NCBI RefSeq assembly: GCF_009914755.1 | Contig: NC_060941.1 | DNA length: 64,000 nucleotides | From: the human T2T-CHM13v2.0 reference genome, Homo sapiens | Reading direction: 5' to 3' (one strand) | Part shown: positions 14,491 through 27,879 of the stretch, piece after piece | Numbering within the stretch: position 1 is the stretch's first letter | How the letters are laid out: every line of letters starts with the position of its first letter | Translations under genes and position numbers: made by a program | The notes under the pieces: model-generated | The model's input: the letters and a program-made list of their open reading frames with translations, nothing else | The model's database searches: none | What the model was told of the DNA's origin: nothing

Positions 14491-15173
14491 ACCTCATTTC
14501 CACCATGATGATTTATCAGAACCTGGAAGATTTTAGTAGGACTCTGTGATATGACTTCATATAGGCTTTCATTTGCACAACAGTTCACCCCTCCCAAAGA
14601 GTCAGAAATTCACTTCCAACCAATTGAATGTTTTGGTAGAGATTACTTTTAAAAATCTCTTCCAAAGTTAGTGAGTTGAAATTTATGTGTGAGCTCACAG
14701 TTTGGTACAGTGAACTGAACTCTGAGTATTTATCTCATATGTTGTATTTATCTCATATCCTACCAAAATCCAATTAAAATGATGGTAAGGAAGGTAAAAA
14801 AGGAATACATTCATAAAAGTGCAGAGAGGGAAGAAGGATCATTAGAGGGGTAGATTAAGGTGATGCGCTTATCTGTACTCTAAGTATGGAAGGTGAAGCA
14901 TTGAAATATTGAAGTTATATAGCATCATATTGATAGGAAAACTGAACAGAAATAGAATCAGTGCAGTGTATGCTAAAGGAATGCTCAGGTGGAACCTGCA
15001 GAACCACACTCACATAAGAAAATTAAAGAAAGTAAAAGCAGGAAGGGGAGCAGAGACTGAATGGTCATAATGCCTGTTTATTCCTGCATATACAATTGTA
15101 CTGTTTGCTCCCAGGTGGAACTAAAGAACCATTCTTTAAAGAGTTGAGTAACCTGCCTAGTCACATTACGAGT

Positions 15174-15345
15174 TGTGTGCAGAAAGGATTAACCTTGCCC
15201 AAAGATAAGTTTGGCCCTTTGCCTTCAGCTCCTGGGAGGAAATCTTTTATTCCTTGGAATATCATGCCTGATAAGAGCATCTTTGTTTATCTGGGGGCTT
15301 TCGGCCACACCAGATAAACTATACTAATAATATAATTTATAATGG
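15174..15345 (+). mobile_element. MER21-like LTR fragment
   Basis: tgtgcagaaaggattaaccttgcccaaag...gcctgataagagcatctttgtttatctggggg. Confidence 0.6.
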
Positions 15346-15552
15346 CAGTCAGAGAAGAGTATATTATTGATAAATCAAAAAATAAAGGAATTAACAAATA
15401 TTTTAGTTATATATATAACTTTTTGAATAATTAAATAGAAAAAAATCAAAAGTAATTGCCTTTTTGGAGTGGGATGAAATCATGGAGTGCAGAAATGTGT
15501 TGTCCTACTCTATTTTTTAAATGATTATTTCCATTAACATAGATTCTTGGAA

Positions 15553-15874
15553 TTTTTGTTTGTTTGTTTTGTTTGTTTGTTTTTTGAGACGGAGTCTAAC
15601 TCCATCGTGCAGGCCGGAGTGCAGTGGTGGGATCTCGACTCACTGCAACCTTCACCTCTTAAGACTCAAGTGATTCTCCTGCCTCAGCCTCCCAAGTAGC
15701 TGGGATTACAGTAGCGTGCCACCATGCCTGGCTAATTTTTTTAAAATTATTTTTAGTAGAGACAGGGTTTCGCCATGTTGGCCAGGCTGGTCTCGAACCC
15801 CTGACCTGAGGTGATCTGCCCACCTCGGCCCCTCAAACTGTTGGAATTACAGGTGTGACCCACTACTCCTGGCC
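15553..15874 (-). mobile_element. Alu (AluS-like)
   Basis: full dimer, (TTTG)n tail, TSD ~ttcttgga(t)attt. Confidence 0.95.
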
Positions 15875-17857
15875 AGGTTCTTGGATATTTAGTAGAGTAC
15901 ATGGCCTTCCAAAATAGACTACACTTTCCTGTTTCCTTTGCATTGCAACGTGGCTATGTTACTAGGTTTTGGTCAATGGAGTATGCTCAGAAATGTGTGG
16001 CAACTTTCAGAAACCATCACTAAAAGACATTGGTGGGTACTTTTTGCCCCTTTGCCCCTTTTTACTAATGAACTTTTTCCTTGCTGCCTGAAACATAGAT
16101 ACTGTCTTGGAACATAAGTGTGAAAGACATGCACTAGAGAAAGCATATTCAGGAAGCAGCCAGGGTCTTTGAGAACGTAGTGGGAAAAAACTGGCATATT
16201 GGCCCTAATCTGCATAGCTCCAAACTTTAACATGAGAGAGAAATAAGCTCTTGACTTTGGTATAAATCAAGTTATTTTGAGTTTTCTGCATATGCATCTA
16301 AAATTTATTCTAATCCATATATATTTTATTAAAAAACAAATGTACATTCTGCCATCTATTTTACTTTCTTTTTATTTTCTCAATCTTCACACTCCCTCTT
16401 CTCTTTTTCTTTTAAATATTTATATTTTTAACATCAGTCTCTTGATAATGAGATCGTGGATGAAGGGCAATGCTTGCTTTGGTTAAATAGTTTCATCATG
16501 TGGACAGAACTCTTAGGCTATCTTCTCATGAATCCTTGGAATAAAGGGAGGTGAATATTCTGCCTTTAGCACACCATCAGTGTACTTAAGCACTAATATT
16601 TTGGCACCTTTGAAAAGAACAGGGCTGCAAGACGTTATTAGCGTCAGTACATTCCTTAAGTTATTAGTGAAATGAAAATGGAGTTTCAGACAACCAGCCA
16701 ACATTAATGAAGCATTCCTTTTAGTCTCACAACTGTGCATAAGAATTTCTATTTCTTCCCAGGTTCACATAATTATTATTATTTTTACTTCCTTGGTATC
16801 ATTACATAAAGGTATAACGTAAATGCAAAGTGTTTTTACAGACAGAGTCAAATGGGGTGCTGAGAGAATCTGACAACACCCTGGAGGAAATGACCAGATG
16901 CTTGTCATGTACATTTCTAATGCTATTGCTTAGATTGAAGCAAATATTGGGGGGAGGGGAACCCAAAAACCAAAAACTACATATTCTTCACTTCACATTA
17001 GCAAAGACAACAAAACACCTTAATCTCTGACTTCCTCTGCTCCCATGGTGAAATTATTCTATCCGACTCCATTTCTGCAATTCCCAGCACAAATAAAACG
17101 CCTGTGACCCTAAGCCAAGTGGGTAACCGTTGACATGCTGATTAAGCATGACTGATTAACTGTACAGTAAGTCATTTAAATCGCTGGTGCACAGATGGGC
17201 AACATATATTTAATTGTTTAATAACTCATGCTCCAAAGGGAACTTGCTAATGCACCTACAATTAAGAAACAATACTGCTTCAGGGAAACATGAATTGACT
17301 TACCTTTTATGTACTGAGGTCATTATTTGGATAAACTTGTAAAGTTCCATTTTAGCTCTCATCAGTCGTCACAGGCATGATCATCTGATGCAGTAGGACC
17401 CTCTGTCATGTTGAGGCTCAGAAGAAGAATTAACCTAGCAATTGTACATTTCAAAATGTGCCTCTCGTTATTTTGTTTGGAACCTTTTAAACTTGTTTTA
17501 TATTTTTATTTATTTGCCAGTCAGATAGTCTCAAAGAGAACTATTATATATTGTATGATGACCAAAAGTGCTTTAGGAAATAGAAGATGCTCTTCAGGAA
17601 CAACTGAAGGTGTATTTATTACAATATGTATAATCTGTCAGCTCTAAGCTTCTAATCAAATACAACTTGAGTAAGAACTTCAGTAAGGACACTTACTATC
17701 TTTCCCAACTGACAAAGAACAGCTATGATTTAAAACCCATCTCAAATATCACTGAAATTTAAAACTAACAAATATTTCTTCAGCACATATCAGATACTGC
17801 GTGCTAGTGGCTAACTAGCTGCTACTTATGGAAAACAAAAATACAAAGAAATAGACG

Positions 17858-18190
17858 TAGTTATGTGATGCATAAGAATGTTTTGGTTAATGACTGCAAA
17901 TATGATAGAAGTCCCTTAAGATTATAATACTGTATTTTTACTGTAAATGTTCTATGTTTAGATAAACAGATATATATCATTGTGTTACAGTTGCCTACAG
18001 CATTTAGTACAGTAACATGTTGTATGGGTTTGTAGCCTTGGAGCCATAACTATATCAGACAGCCTAAGTGTGTAGAAGACTGTACCATCTAGGGTTGTGT
18101 AAGTGCACTCTATGATATCTGTACAACAAATAAATCACCTAACGATGCATTCCTTAGAATGTATCCCTGTCATTAAGTGGCATGTGACCA
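17858..18190. mobile_element. Tigger3a/MER7A (Tc1/mariner) DNA transposon
   Basis: attgtgttacagttgcctacagcatttagtacagtaacatg; ends with cattaagtggcatgtgac. Confidence 0.8.
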
Positions 18191-18199
18191 TATTATAGG

Positions 18200-18925
18200 T
18201 GGTGTAAGGAAGTGGTTGTCAGCACAGGTTTTGGAGCCAGAATGCCTAAATTCAAATCTTTCCTCTAGCATTTATTATCTGTGCAATGCTGGCAAGTATT
18301 TAAACTCTTTCTTTAAAATAGGAATAATAATGATGATAGAACTCACCTGCTACGGGCTGAATTGTGTCCCCCTAAAAAACATATGTTGAAGTCCTAACCC
18401 CTAGTAACTTACAATATGACCTTACTTGAAAATAGGGTCTTTATGAAAATAATCAAGTTTAAATAAAGTCATTAGGGTGGGCCCTAATCCAACACGACTG
18501 GTTCTTACAAAAGGGAAAGTTGGATACACAGACAGGCACACTCAGAGGGAAGAAAATGTAAAGACATGCAAGAAAAACACCATGGGAACACAGACGCAGA
18601 GACTGAACTGAGGCAAGCTAGAGAACACCAAGGACTGCCAGCCCGCATAGAAGACAGGAGCAGGTAAAGAAGGATTCAGCCCAGAATCTCAGAATGTCGC
18701 ACAGCAGTGTGGCCCTGGAACAACTTGATTTCGGAATTCTAGATCCCAAAACTGAAACAATGTATCTGTTGTTTTAAGACACCCAGTTTGTGGTACTTTG
18801 TCAGAGCAGCCAGAAGAATGAATGTGATATCTGTACAGATGTGGTGAGACAGTTGAGTAAATTAACATATGTAAAGTGCTTAGAACAATGCCTGCCATAT
18901 GGTCAGCACAATAATTTCTGTTAAA
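18200..18925 (+). mobile_element. MIR interrupted by an MLT1C-like LTR (18348-~18825)
   Basis: MIR 5' half ttggagccagaatgcctaaattcaaatc; LTR tgctacgggctgaattgtgtcccc; MIR 3' half atgtaaagtgcttagaacaatgcctg. Confidence 0.75.
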
Positions 18926-18974
18926 GATTTTAATAGAGGAAGAATACAAGGTATCTTGGGAGCACAGAAGAAAG

Positions 18975-19470
18975 ACTGTTTACTCCACAAATTTGCAGCT
19001 TAAATCATCAAACATCTGCTATCTCAAAGTTTGTATGTGTCAGGAATCTGGGCATGGCTTAGCTGTATACCTCCGGCTCAAGATCTCTGAAGAGATTGTA
19101 GTCATGCTGTTAGCAGGGGCTGTGGTCTTATCTGAAGACCCAATCAGTGTGGAGTGGGGAGGAAATCTGTTTCTACTCTTACTGATATGGTTGTGGGCAA
19201 GTATTAGCCCTTCACCACTTGGGCCTTTCCACAGGGCCACCTCATGACATGGCAGCTGACTCTCTCCAGACAGAGCGATTCAAGAGAGATCAAAAGAGAC
19301 TGCCTAAGGTGAAGGCCACAGTGTATAATCTGCTCTCAGAAGTTACAGCCCTTCATTTTTGTTGTTTTCTGTTTATTAGAAACCAGTCAATAAGCCTTGC
19401 TCCCATTCAAGGGAAGATAAGTACATGAGGGTGTGACTACCAGGAGGTATGGATCATTGGGTGTCATCTC
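18975..19470 (-). mobile_element. MaLR LTR, MLT1 family
   Basis: tactccacaaatttgcagcttaaatcatcaaac...gtcaggaatctgggcatggcttagctg. Confidence 0.65.
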
Positions 19471-20324
19471 AGCAGCTACCTTCTACATGCAGGAAGTGGA
19501 AGTAGGGGGGCTTTTCACATGGTATCTCCAGTGCTTTGCATGTAAGAGGTGCTCACTAACTGTTCAAAATAAATGCATAAAATTAGGTACTAATTTATTT
19601 TCTACCTTTCTGAAAGTAGTTTGGTTAAGGGGAAGACATTAAAGCTTATTCCGTGTAATAACAAGTCAACTTATTGTGTTTATATTTAGAAACTTAAATT
19701 AGATGCAATAATTTGGAGAAGTTTTTCCAAAGAAGGAGAAGCAATACAGAGAATGAATCCTGCCCCCTTTGTAATAAGTTTTAAGTTGTTCAAGTAAGAC
19801 AATATACAAAGTAATATTAGTAAAATTGAGTTTTCAAATTTTTATTTGTATTAATTTTACAAGTAATGTAGAACTGTTCTTACTCTGTTTTTATTTAATA
19901 AAGCATACAAATAAAATGAAATTCTTCCCTGAATACCACTACCAATTCTAGTCTCTGAGAGAGAGAGAGAAAAAAAATTTATATTTTGTGGGGTATGAGT
20001 ATATATGTGCATACATATGTATTTATATAATTGTTACCCTATACATGCAGTTCTTCAATTTATCATTTTAATTTAATCTATTTTGGAACTCTTTTGTGGC
20101 CTGAATGGGTTTATCTTAATACCTACCTTATTAGGTTACTTTTAGGATTGCCTGTAGTAATGCATATAAAATGTTTCGAATAGAGCATGGGCATTTAGTA
20201 AACATTTAATAAATATATATTAGCTATTTTTATTGTTATAAAAAGGAAGACAAAATTTTAAAGGAGTTGCACCAAGAAGTTTCTTTGTGATGATGAAACA
20301 ATTCAGTACTCTAATTGTAGTGGT

Positions 20325-20740
20325 TGTGGCTGTTAATTTTATGTATCAATTTGGCTGGGCCATGGTATCCAGATATTTGATTAAATATTATTCTGGATGT
20401 TTCTGCAAGGGTGTTTTGGATGAGATTAACATTTAACTTGGTGAACTTTGAGGAAAGCAAAGTATCCATTACAATGCAGATGGACCTCATCCAATCATTT
20501 GGAGACTTGAATGGCACAAAAGAATGACCTCTGCCACGCAAAAGTGAATTCGGACAGTAGACGGTCTTTGGACTTAAACAGCAACATTAGCCCTTTTTTG
20601 GGTTTTATAATCACATGAGCCAATTCCTTAAAAATAAATCTCTCTCTCTCTCTCAAATATATATATATATATATTTGTTTTTGTTGTTGTTTTCACATAT
20701 CCTATTGATTCTGTTTCTCTGGATTACTCTGGCTACGACA
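20325..20740 (+). mobile_element. ERVL LTR (MLT2 family) nested in an old L1 3' end
   Basis: tgtggctgttaattttatgtatcaatttggctgggcca...ctgtttctctgga; 5-bp TSD gtggt/atggt; L1 3'UTR-like text on both sides (~20250-21005). Confidence 0.8.
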
Positions 20741-21624
20741 ATGGTGGTTACACAAATTTTATCTATACATGTGACAAAATTTTATAAAACTATACACCAA
20801 AAGAGAAGAAAATGTGTGAGTAAATGTAAAAACTGGTAAAATCAGAATAAAGTCCTTAGTTTAGTTAATGATATCGCAGCAATTTCTTGGTTTTGAAAAT
20901 GTGCTATGGTTATGTAAAATGTTATCATTGGGAAGGGTACATGGAAACTTCCTATACTATTTTTGGTTTCTTGTGAGTCTATCATAATTTCATTAAAAAA
21001 AGCTTAATAAAATATAAATCTGATTATATCATGGTCACAGAGATGTGTAAATACCACCTATTAGAAGGGAGATAGGGGCATACCCAGTAGAAAATATGAG
21101 GAAGTTTGGGGGATCAAAGAGCAGAGCTGACCTGCGCCTTACCTCCCAGGGAGAACCTGAGCAGGTGGGAAGCCTCTTAGAAGTTGATATAGCACAAGAG
21201 GCACAGAATAAAGATGTTCACTGAGTTTCTAGGCAGATTGATCTGATCAGCTCTAGAGTTTCCAGTTGTTCTTTGTGCATCCAAAAGTAGTACAGGACTA
21301 ACTAGGAAATAGCTGGGTGTAGAGACCTGGAAGTACTCTATGAAGGAGACACCACAGTGATCAATGTGTCTCATGACTAAAGGACAAGTAAGAACAAGAG
21401 ACTTTCTACATAGGCTAGCATGGATGATAATGGTATAGGACTAGTGCCAATATTCACACATTGGCTCTCCTGACTCCCACAAGACGTTGAACACAATTTC
21501 TAAGAGAGGAACAAAAGCCCTGACATGACTGAGATTACTCTAAATAAAGTGAGATTCAGTTTCCAGAACTCGGTCACATGGTGGCTTGAACAAGAAACTG
21601 GAAAAATTAAAGAAGTCCCATATC

Positions 21625-21918
<294 letters not shown>

Positions 21919-22112
21919 GAAGTCCCATATCTTGCACACCTGGGTTTGTGATGTCTTACTTGTAGCATTGAATGAATGGACCACAATGTCTTTTATCCTC
22001 TCTCCTTTGATTTTTCCTTTGATTTTCTCTGTAAAACCCAGAGTTAAAAAATGAGTAGATGAAGAAATCTGGGAGTAAGAATATTTTAGGTTGGGATTCA
22101 AATATGGAGGAT

Positions 22113-23211
22113 TATGGGGGGAACCTGCCCCCAATATTTTAACATACATTCTTTCTATTTTCTCTAAGTGCTGGCTGGTCTGAGAAATAAAGAAAAGAGT
22201 ACAAAAAGAGGAATTTTACAGCTGGGCCTCCGGGGATGACATCACATACCAGTAGGTCCGTGATGTCCAACCTGAGCTGCAAAACCAGCAGGTTTTTGTT
22301 AAGGACTTTAAAAGGGGAGGGGGTGTACGAACAGGGAGTAGGTCACAAAGATCACATGCTTTAAAAGGCAATAAAGATCACAAGGCAAAGGGCAAAGCAA
22401 AGATCACAAGGCAAAGAGAAAAATTAGAATTACTGATGAGGGTCTATGTTCAGCTGTGCACATATTGTCTTGATAAACATCTTAAGCAACAGAAAACAAG
22501 GTTCAAGAGCAGAGAACCGGTCTGACCTCAAATTCACCAGGGTGGGATTTTTCCCCATCCTAGTGAGCCTGAGGGTACTGCAAGAGACCAGGGCATATTT
22601 CAGTCCTTATCTCAACTGCATAAGACAGATACTCCCAAAGCAGCCACTTATAGACCTCCCCTGAGGAATGCATTCCTTCCCCAGGGTATTAATTATTAAT
22701 ATTCCTTGCTGGGAAAAGAATTCAGTGATATCTCTCCTACTTGCACGTCCATTTATAGGCTCTCTGCAAGTAGAAAAATATGGCTATATTCTGCCCGACC
22801 CCGCAGGTGGTCAGACCTTTGGTTGTCTTCCCTTGTTCCCTAAAATCTCTGTTATTCTGTTCATTTTCAAGGTGCACTGATTTCATATTGTTCAAACACA
22901 CATTTTACAATCAATTTGTACAATAGTGGTCCTGAGTGATGTACATTCTCAGCTTACGAAGATAACAGGATTAAGAGATTAAAGCAAAGACAGGCATAAG
23001 AAATTATAAGAGTATTAATTTGGGGGAACAGATGAATGTCCATGAAATCTTCACAATTTGTGTTCAGAGATTGCAGTCAAGACAGGCATAAGAAATTATA
23101 AAAGTATTAATTTTGGGAACTGATAAATGTCCATGAAATCTTCACAATTTATGTTCCTCTGCTTTGGCTCCAGTCGGTCCCTCCGTTCAGGGTCCCTGAC
23201 TTCCTGCAACA
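22113..23211 (-). mobile_element. MER11 solo LTR (HERV-K11/HML-8)
   Basis: reverse complement starts TGTTGCAGGAAGTCAGGGACCCTGAACGGAGGGACC; perfect 6-bp TSD GAGGAT (22107-12 and 23212-17); internal ~90-bp tandem duplication 22987-23150. Confidence 0.92.
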
Positions 23212-24545
23212 GAGGATGAGTCCATTTTCCTCTATTATCCTTACTTTAAATTCCAGGAAAAACTGACTATCATTAAGAAATTTATTTCAAATAAAAATTT
23301 GTAAAGAAACTGCTTTCTTCAAATCTTCAGGCCTAAAGATGAGGCTCTGAATGTATTTCACAGATGCCTGGTAAGTTGAGTCTATTTTTAAGGCCTTAGT
23401 CTCCTTTTCTTCATTAAAAAACAAACAAAAAATGAAGAAGAAATAAAAAATATAAGTAGGTTGTTTGAAGAAAATACAATCATGCATTTCAGAAGAAGTA
23501 CAGTTTTATGAAGCTGCTCTAGGCAGAGTAAGATCAGGTGAGAAAGTCTTTTTCTGAAAAGTTTTTCTTTGTTTCTTAATTCTTTATATGGAAAAGTGCC
23601 ATTAGAGTCTCTCTGGTACTTTTTTTTCTTTTTTTCCTGAAGCACAATGCAGACATTTTGGGGAAAAATAGTTGCCCACCTCTGTGATGCCACAACTTGA
23701 ATGGTGTAATTCTGCTGGCATTATGGAGGGCTCAAGCTTAAGAAAAAAATATCCTTATAATTAAGAAAAACTACAGGTTATGGGACACAATGCACATTTC
23801 TCACCTAGACTCCCACTTTAGCGTAGGGTGAAAAAACCTTTATCAACTGGCTTGCTTGATCCTTTCCAATAAAGCCATTAGTCTCTAGGAAAGGTGTAGA
23901 GGGTTGAAAACTTTGCTTTCAATCACCATAGCCTAATCCCAGATTGCCTCTGTTCAAATCTGCCTTTGTAGTTGAAATTATGGCTTTAAAATTGTAGTGA
24001 GGATTCATTCAAAAGTACTTCAAAAAGCCAAAAATGCCCTGGTGACCTAGTCAGCATGATATGGGCCAGAACTCTAAGTCTGGGAGTGAAGGGAAGAAGG
24101 GCTAAAATAAGAGTTCAGTGATGGGTAAGAAGTAGATGGCAGACTTTTTCCAGATAGCTTCAGATGAAGGTACAAAAAGATATGAGATTGAGATTTGTGG
24201 TGACATTATCCAATCATTTACTTGGTACAATCTTTGATTCAATTTTTTGTTGTGGATCAGTGTTTGTGTATGTTATAAGAATAGAATAATGGCCTGATGA
24301 AATAAAATTAACTCCTGGATGATAGTAGCAGTCTAATCATACTTCACACAGAAGTCTGCATTACTTATTTTTCTGTTTAGCTATACTACTTTTGTCATTG
24401 CTTTACTTATTAAGATAATTTATGATAAATAATAAAATTTGCTGAATAATTAAGACTCATTAAGATCATTCCTGAATCTCATTCTGTACTATCAAATAAA
24501 TACTTCAGCTTTGTGTATTGTCTCACTATAATTGACCCAAGGTAA

Positions 24546-25096
24546 TGATGTGGCTCTGATGAATGGAGGAACACCAGGTTCTTAGTCTGGAGTGGAATTA
24601 GAAAAACCAACATGACACACGTGGAGTAGTTTTAAGGAGCAGGTCCTTTAACAGACAAGAAAGAAGGGAGGAGAAAGAAAGAAGAAGCTCCCCAAAGACA
24701 GAGGGAGGCGGGCTCCAAAGCGGAGAGACAGGACCCCACATTTAGGTAATATCAGCCAGGTATATTCAATTTGATTTGCATAGGGCTCAGGGTATTGTTT
24801 TGACCAGTCATGTCATTCGTGTAGCCCGCGAAAAATCTGGCCTTCCCACCCTAGCCTTTTAATATGCAAATGCAGGACGCCATGATGTTCCACACACATG
24901 GGGATATGTGGGCGTGCCCATGCTGCCAGGCACATGTTGGGGCAAGGGCAAGAGGACAATCATGGTAATCGCCATGTTGAGTGGACCCAGTTTCTAATGG
25001 CTTGCATTTGCTAGACAAGAGCTTCGAAAAATTTTCCAAGGACCCCTTTTTTCCTCTCTATCTGCCTAAAATAATTTCTTAATAACTCCTACCTCA
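24546..25096 (-). mobile_element. ERV1 (MER4-group) solo LTR, MER61/MER83-like
   Basis: reverse complement starts TGAGGTAGGAGTTATTAAGAAATTATTTTAGGCAGATAG; TG...CA ends; TSD gtaa/gtag; subfamily uncertain. Confidence 0.7.
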
Positions 25097-25674
25097 GTAG
25101 TAAGTAAAGGAGCTCTTTTCTTTCAACGTACCTTAGTATGGAAGTCATCTCGCCCCTATTAAACATTTATTTTAGAAACAGGAACATGTCAGTGCTATTA
25201 AAATAAAATCCTGTTGTTATTCATTGGAGACTCATTTTATCAGGATCACTTTCATTGTTTTTACTCAAGCAGGGACATATTTACATGTAAAGTTTCAGCT
25301 TCTTTTCTATTTTTAACCACCTTTGCCACAAATCAAATTGAGAAGACAATCAGGCTTTTTAACTACTCATCTTGTGGCAGCCTCTGAACTAATTACTTGA
25401 TATGCATTAGAACACCGAATGTTCCCATCAAGTCTGGGCTTCTCTTATGTAGCATCCTTCTACTCTGTGTATCACTCATCCTTCCTTCTGCTTATACTCT
25501 GAAAAATAATAAAGCCTAAAATGACACTATATTTGAAATCACTAACTAAGCATTCTCCCTCCCAACCAAACTCACCTATCCTGCCCACTTACTTACTCAA
25601 GTAATCCTGCCAAAATAGTTGTTTGACATACTTTAGTAACCAATAAATTGATCTCTCCATTCTCTCTCTAGCCC

Positions 25675-25870
25675 AGTGGCTCTCAACTGGGAACTTGTGC
25701 CTTCTAAAAAACAAGAAAATGTCAGAAGATATTTCTGGTAGTTACCACTGGGTATATATGCTATCAAGTGGGTAGAGGCCAGTGATGCTGCTAATGTCAT
25801 ACACAGGACATCTCCCACAACAGAATTTTCCAGCCTCAAATATCAAGAATGCCAAGGTTGAAAACCCCTG
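25675..25870. mobile_element. MER20 (hAT-Charlie)
   Basis: cagtggctctcaactgg...gtgggtagaggccagtgatgctgctaa...ggttgaaaacccctg. Confidence 0.8.
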
Positions 25871-26033
25871 CATTTAGTCCCTTGATTGTTTTCATTTTCT
25901 TAGTCTTCCATGGTAGGCTCAACAGTCCATCACAACATCTCTTTCTTGCTAATTTCCTCAATTCTTTTGCCCATATTACCTTCCATTACCACTCTTTGCA
26001 AAACTTCCAATCTTGTGTTGGTTGTTGACTCCC

Positions 26034-26578
26034 TGTATTAGTCAGGGTTCTTTAGAGGGACAAGAGTAATAGGATAGATGTATATATGAAGGGGAGTTTA
26101 TTAAAGAGTAGTGACTCACACGATCACAAGGTCAAGTCCCACAATCGGCTGTCTGCAAGCTGAGGAGAAAGGAAGCCAGTCCAGGTCCCAAAATCTCAAA
26201 AGTAGGGAAGCTGACTGCAGCATTCAGTCGTGGATGAAGGCCGGAGAGCCCCTGGCAAACCACTGGTGTAAGATCAAGAGACCAAAAGCTGAAAAGCTTG
26301 GAGTCCATTGTTTGAGGGCAGGAAGCATCCAGCACGGAGAAAGATGGAGGCCAGAAAATTAGCCAGTCTAGTCCCTCCATGTTCTTCTGCCTGCTTTTAT
26401 CTTAGCTGTGCTGGCAGCTGATTAGATGGTGCCCACCCAGATTGAGAGTGGGTCTGCCTTTCCCAGTCCACTGACTCAAATTTTAATCTCCTTTGGTGAC
26501 ACCCTCACAGATACACCCAGGAACAATACTTTGCATCCTTCAATCCAATCAAGTTGACACTCAATATTAACCATCACA
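26034..26578 (-). mobile_element. MLT2A (HERV-L) solo LTR, probably MLT2A2
   Basis: tgtattagtcagggttctttagaggga...caatattaaccatcaca; 545 bp; TSD ctccc/ccccc. Confidence 0.9.
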
Positions 26579-27457
26579 CCCCCTAAAAAGACCACCAGAA
26601 ACATTTATTGATTGAACAAAGCTAAACTTATTCAGATGAATTAAGTAAAGAAGAGGACGATCTTGACAGTGTTTTTATAGTATCTCACAAAAGTCAGGAA
26701 AATGCATTTATCAAATTTATGCTTAGATGGGGTGATTTAAAGGCAAGTTTTAAAGGATGGGGAAATATTTGGGAATGGCAGAATTTATGACACACTAGCT
26801 TTAGATTGGTGGACACAGTGAAATGAAGGTCTTGTAGTATTATAAGCAAGCTGCTAGTCATGAAAAGTAAGCTATTCAGTTGTTTCAGTCTTATCCAGGA
26901 GCAAATATTTCTTGGAAGAAGGAGCTAAGTGAGTTTTTTAGCCTGGTCTTGGTGCTGTTTGGCACAGAAACAGGAAAGTATTATTTATACAAGAATTAAT
27001 TAACATAGAAACAGAAAAGTATGAACTAACTAACTTTCAGAGAGGCTCAATAACTTGCCCAAGGTAAAAGACCTAGCAGTTACCAGAGCTGGGAATGCAC
27101 TCACAACTTATCTGACTCCTCTAAGCATTTGTCTTCTTTATACAACACTGCCATTAGAAAAAGAGAATTGATTTTTTTCTTTTTGTTTCCAACATTCTCA
27201 TTTTTTCTCTCTATTTCTGTCAACATTCATCTGTGTTTTTCTATGGCTTTTTTGATCTCTTTGAGTCTTGAAATATAGAAATTGTTGCCTCTTTAGTCCC
27301 ATAAAGTTCTGAATACAGTTTGAACATATACTTCAAAGTTTTCTTTCTATTTTTAAAATTTTATCTTTTAGTTATCGAGTCTTTCTTGGCTTTGAATTAT
27401 ATGAAACTTTAAAGGTCACAACTGCTTTTTGATCTAATAGAACACTATGCTCCTAGT

Positions 27458-27879
27458 TGTGGCAGGCTCGGAATGTGCAACTCAGATCTCCCTTCAAGAA
27501 AGAACTTGCAAGAAATTCAGTTGTAAGGAATGTAGTTAGCTGGCAGCCCTCAGCTATTGGCATCTGCAAGAATTGTCTCAGAGTTTGAATCAAGCCCACT
27601 CTCATCCCAGGCAACCCTCAACCAATATCTGGGCACCATTCCTCCCCAGCTGGAATCCTCTAACAATTCATCTCTGCTTCAGAACTATCCAGTGAGTTTG
27701 CAGACACTGTCAGAACTTCATTTGAAGCTGAGGCTCTCCTTGCCCAATCTCACCTCTTCTTTCCTTTTCTTTCACAGGTTTCAGGTTGACTTGAGGATGG
27801 TAATCTTTTCCCTGCTCAATAAACCTCTTACATTCCTAAGACCATCTCAATGTCTGCTTTCAGGAGGGCTTAAATGACA
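27458..27879 (+). mobile_element. ERVL LTR, LTR16-like
   Basis: tgtggcagg...aataaacctctt...ctcaatgtctgctttcaggagggcttaaatgaca. Confidence 0.6.
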
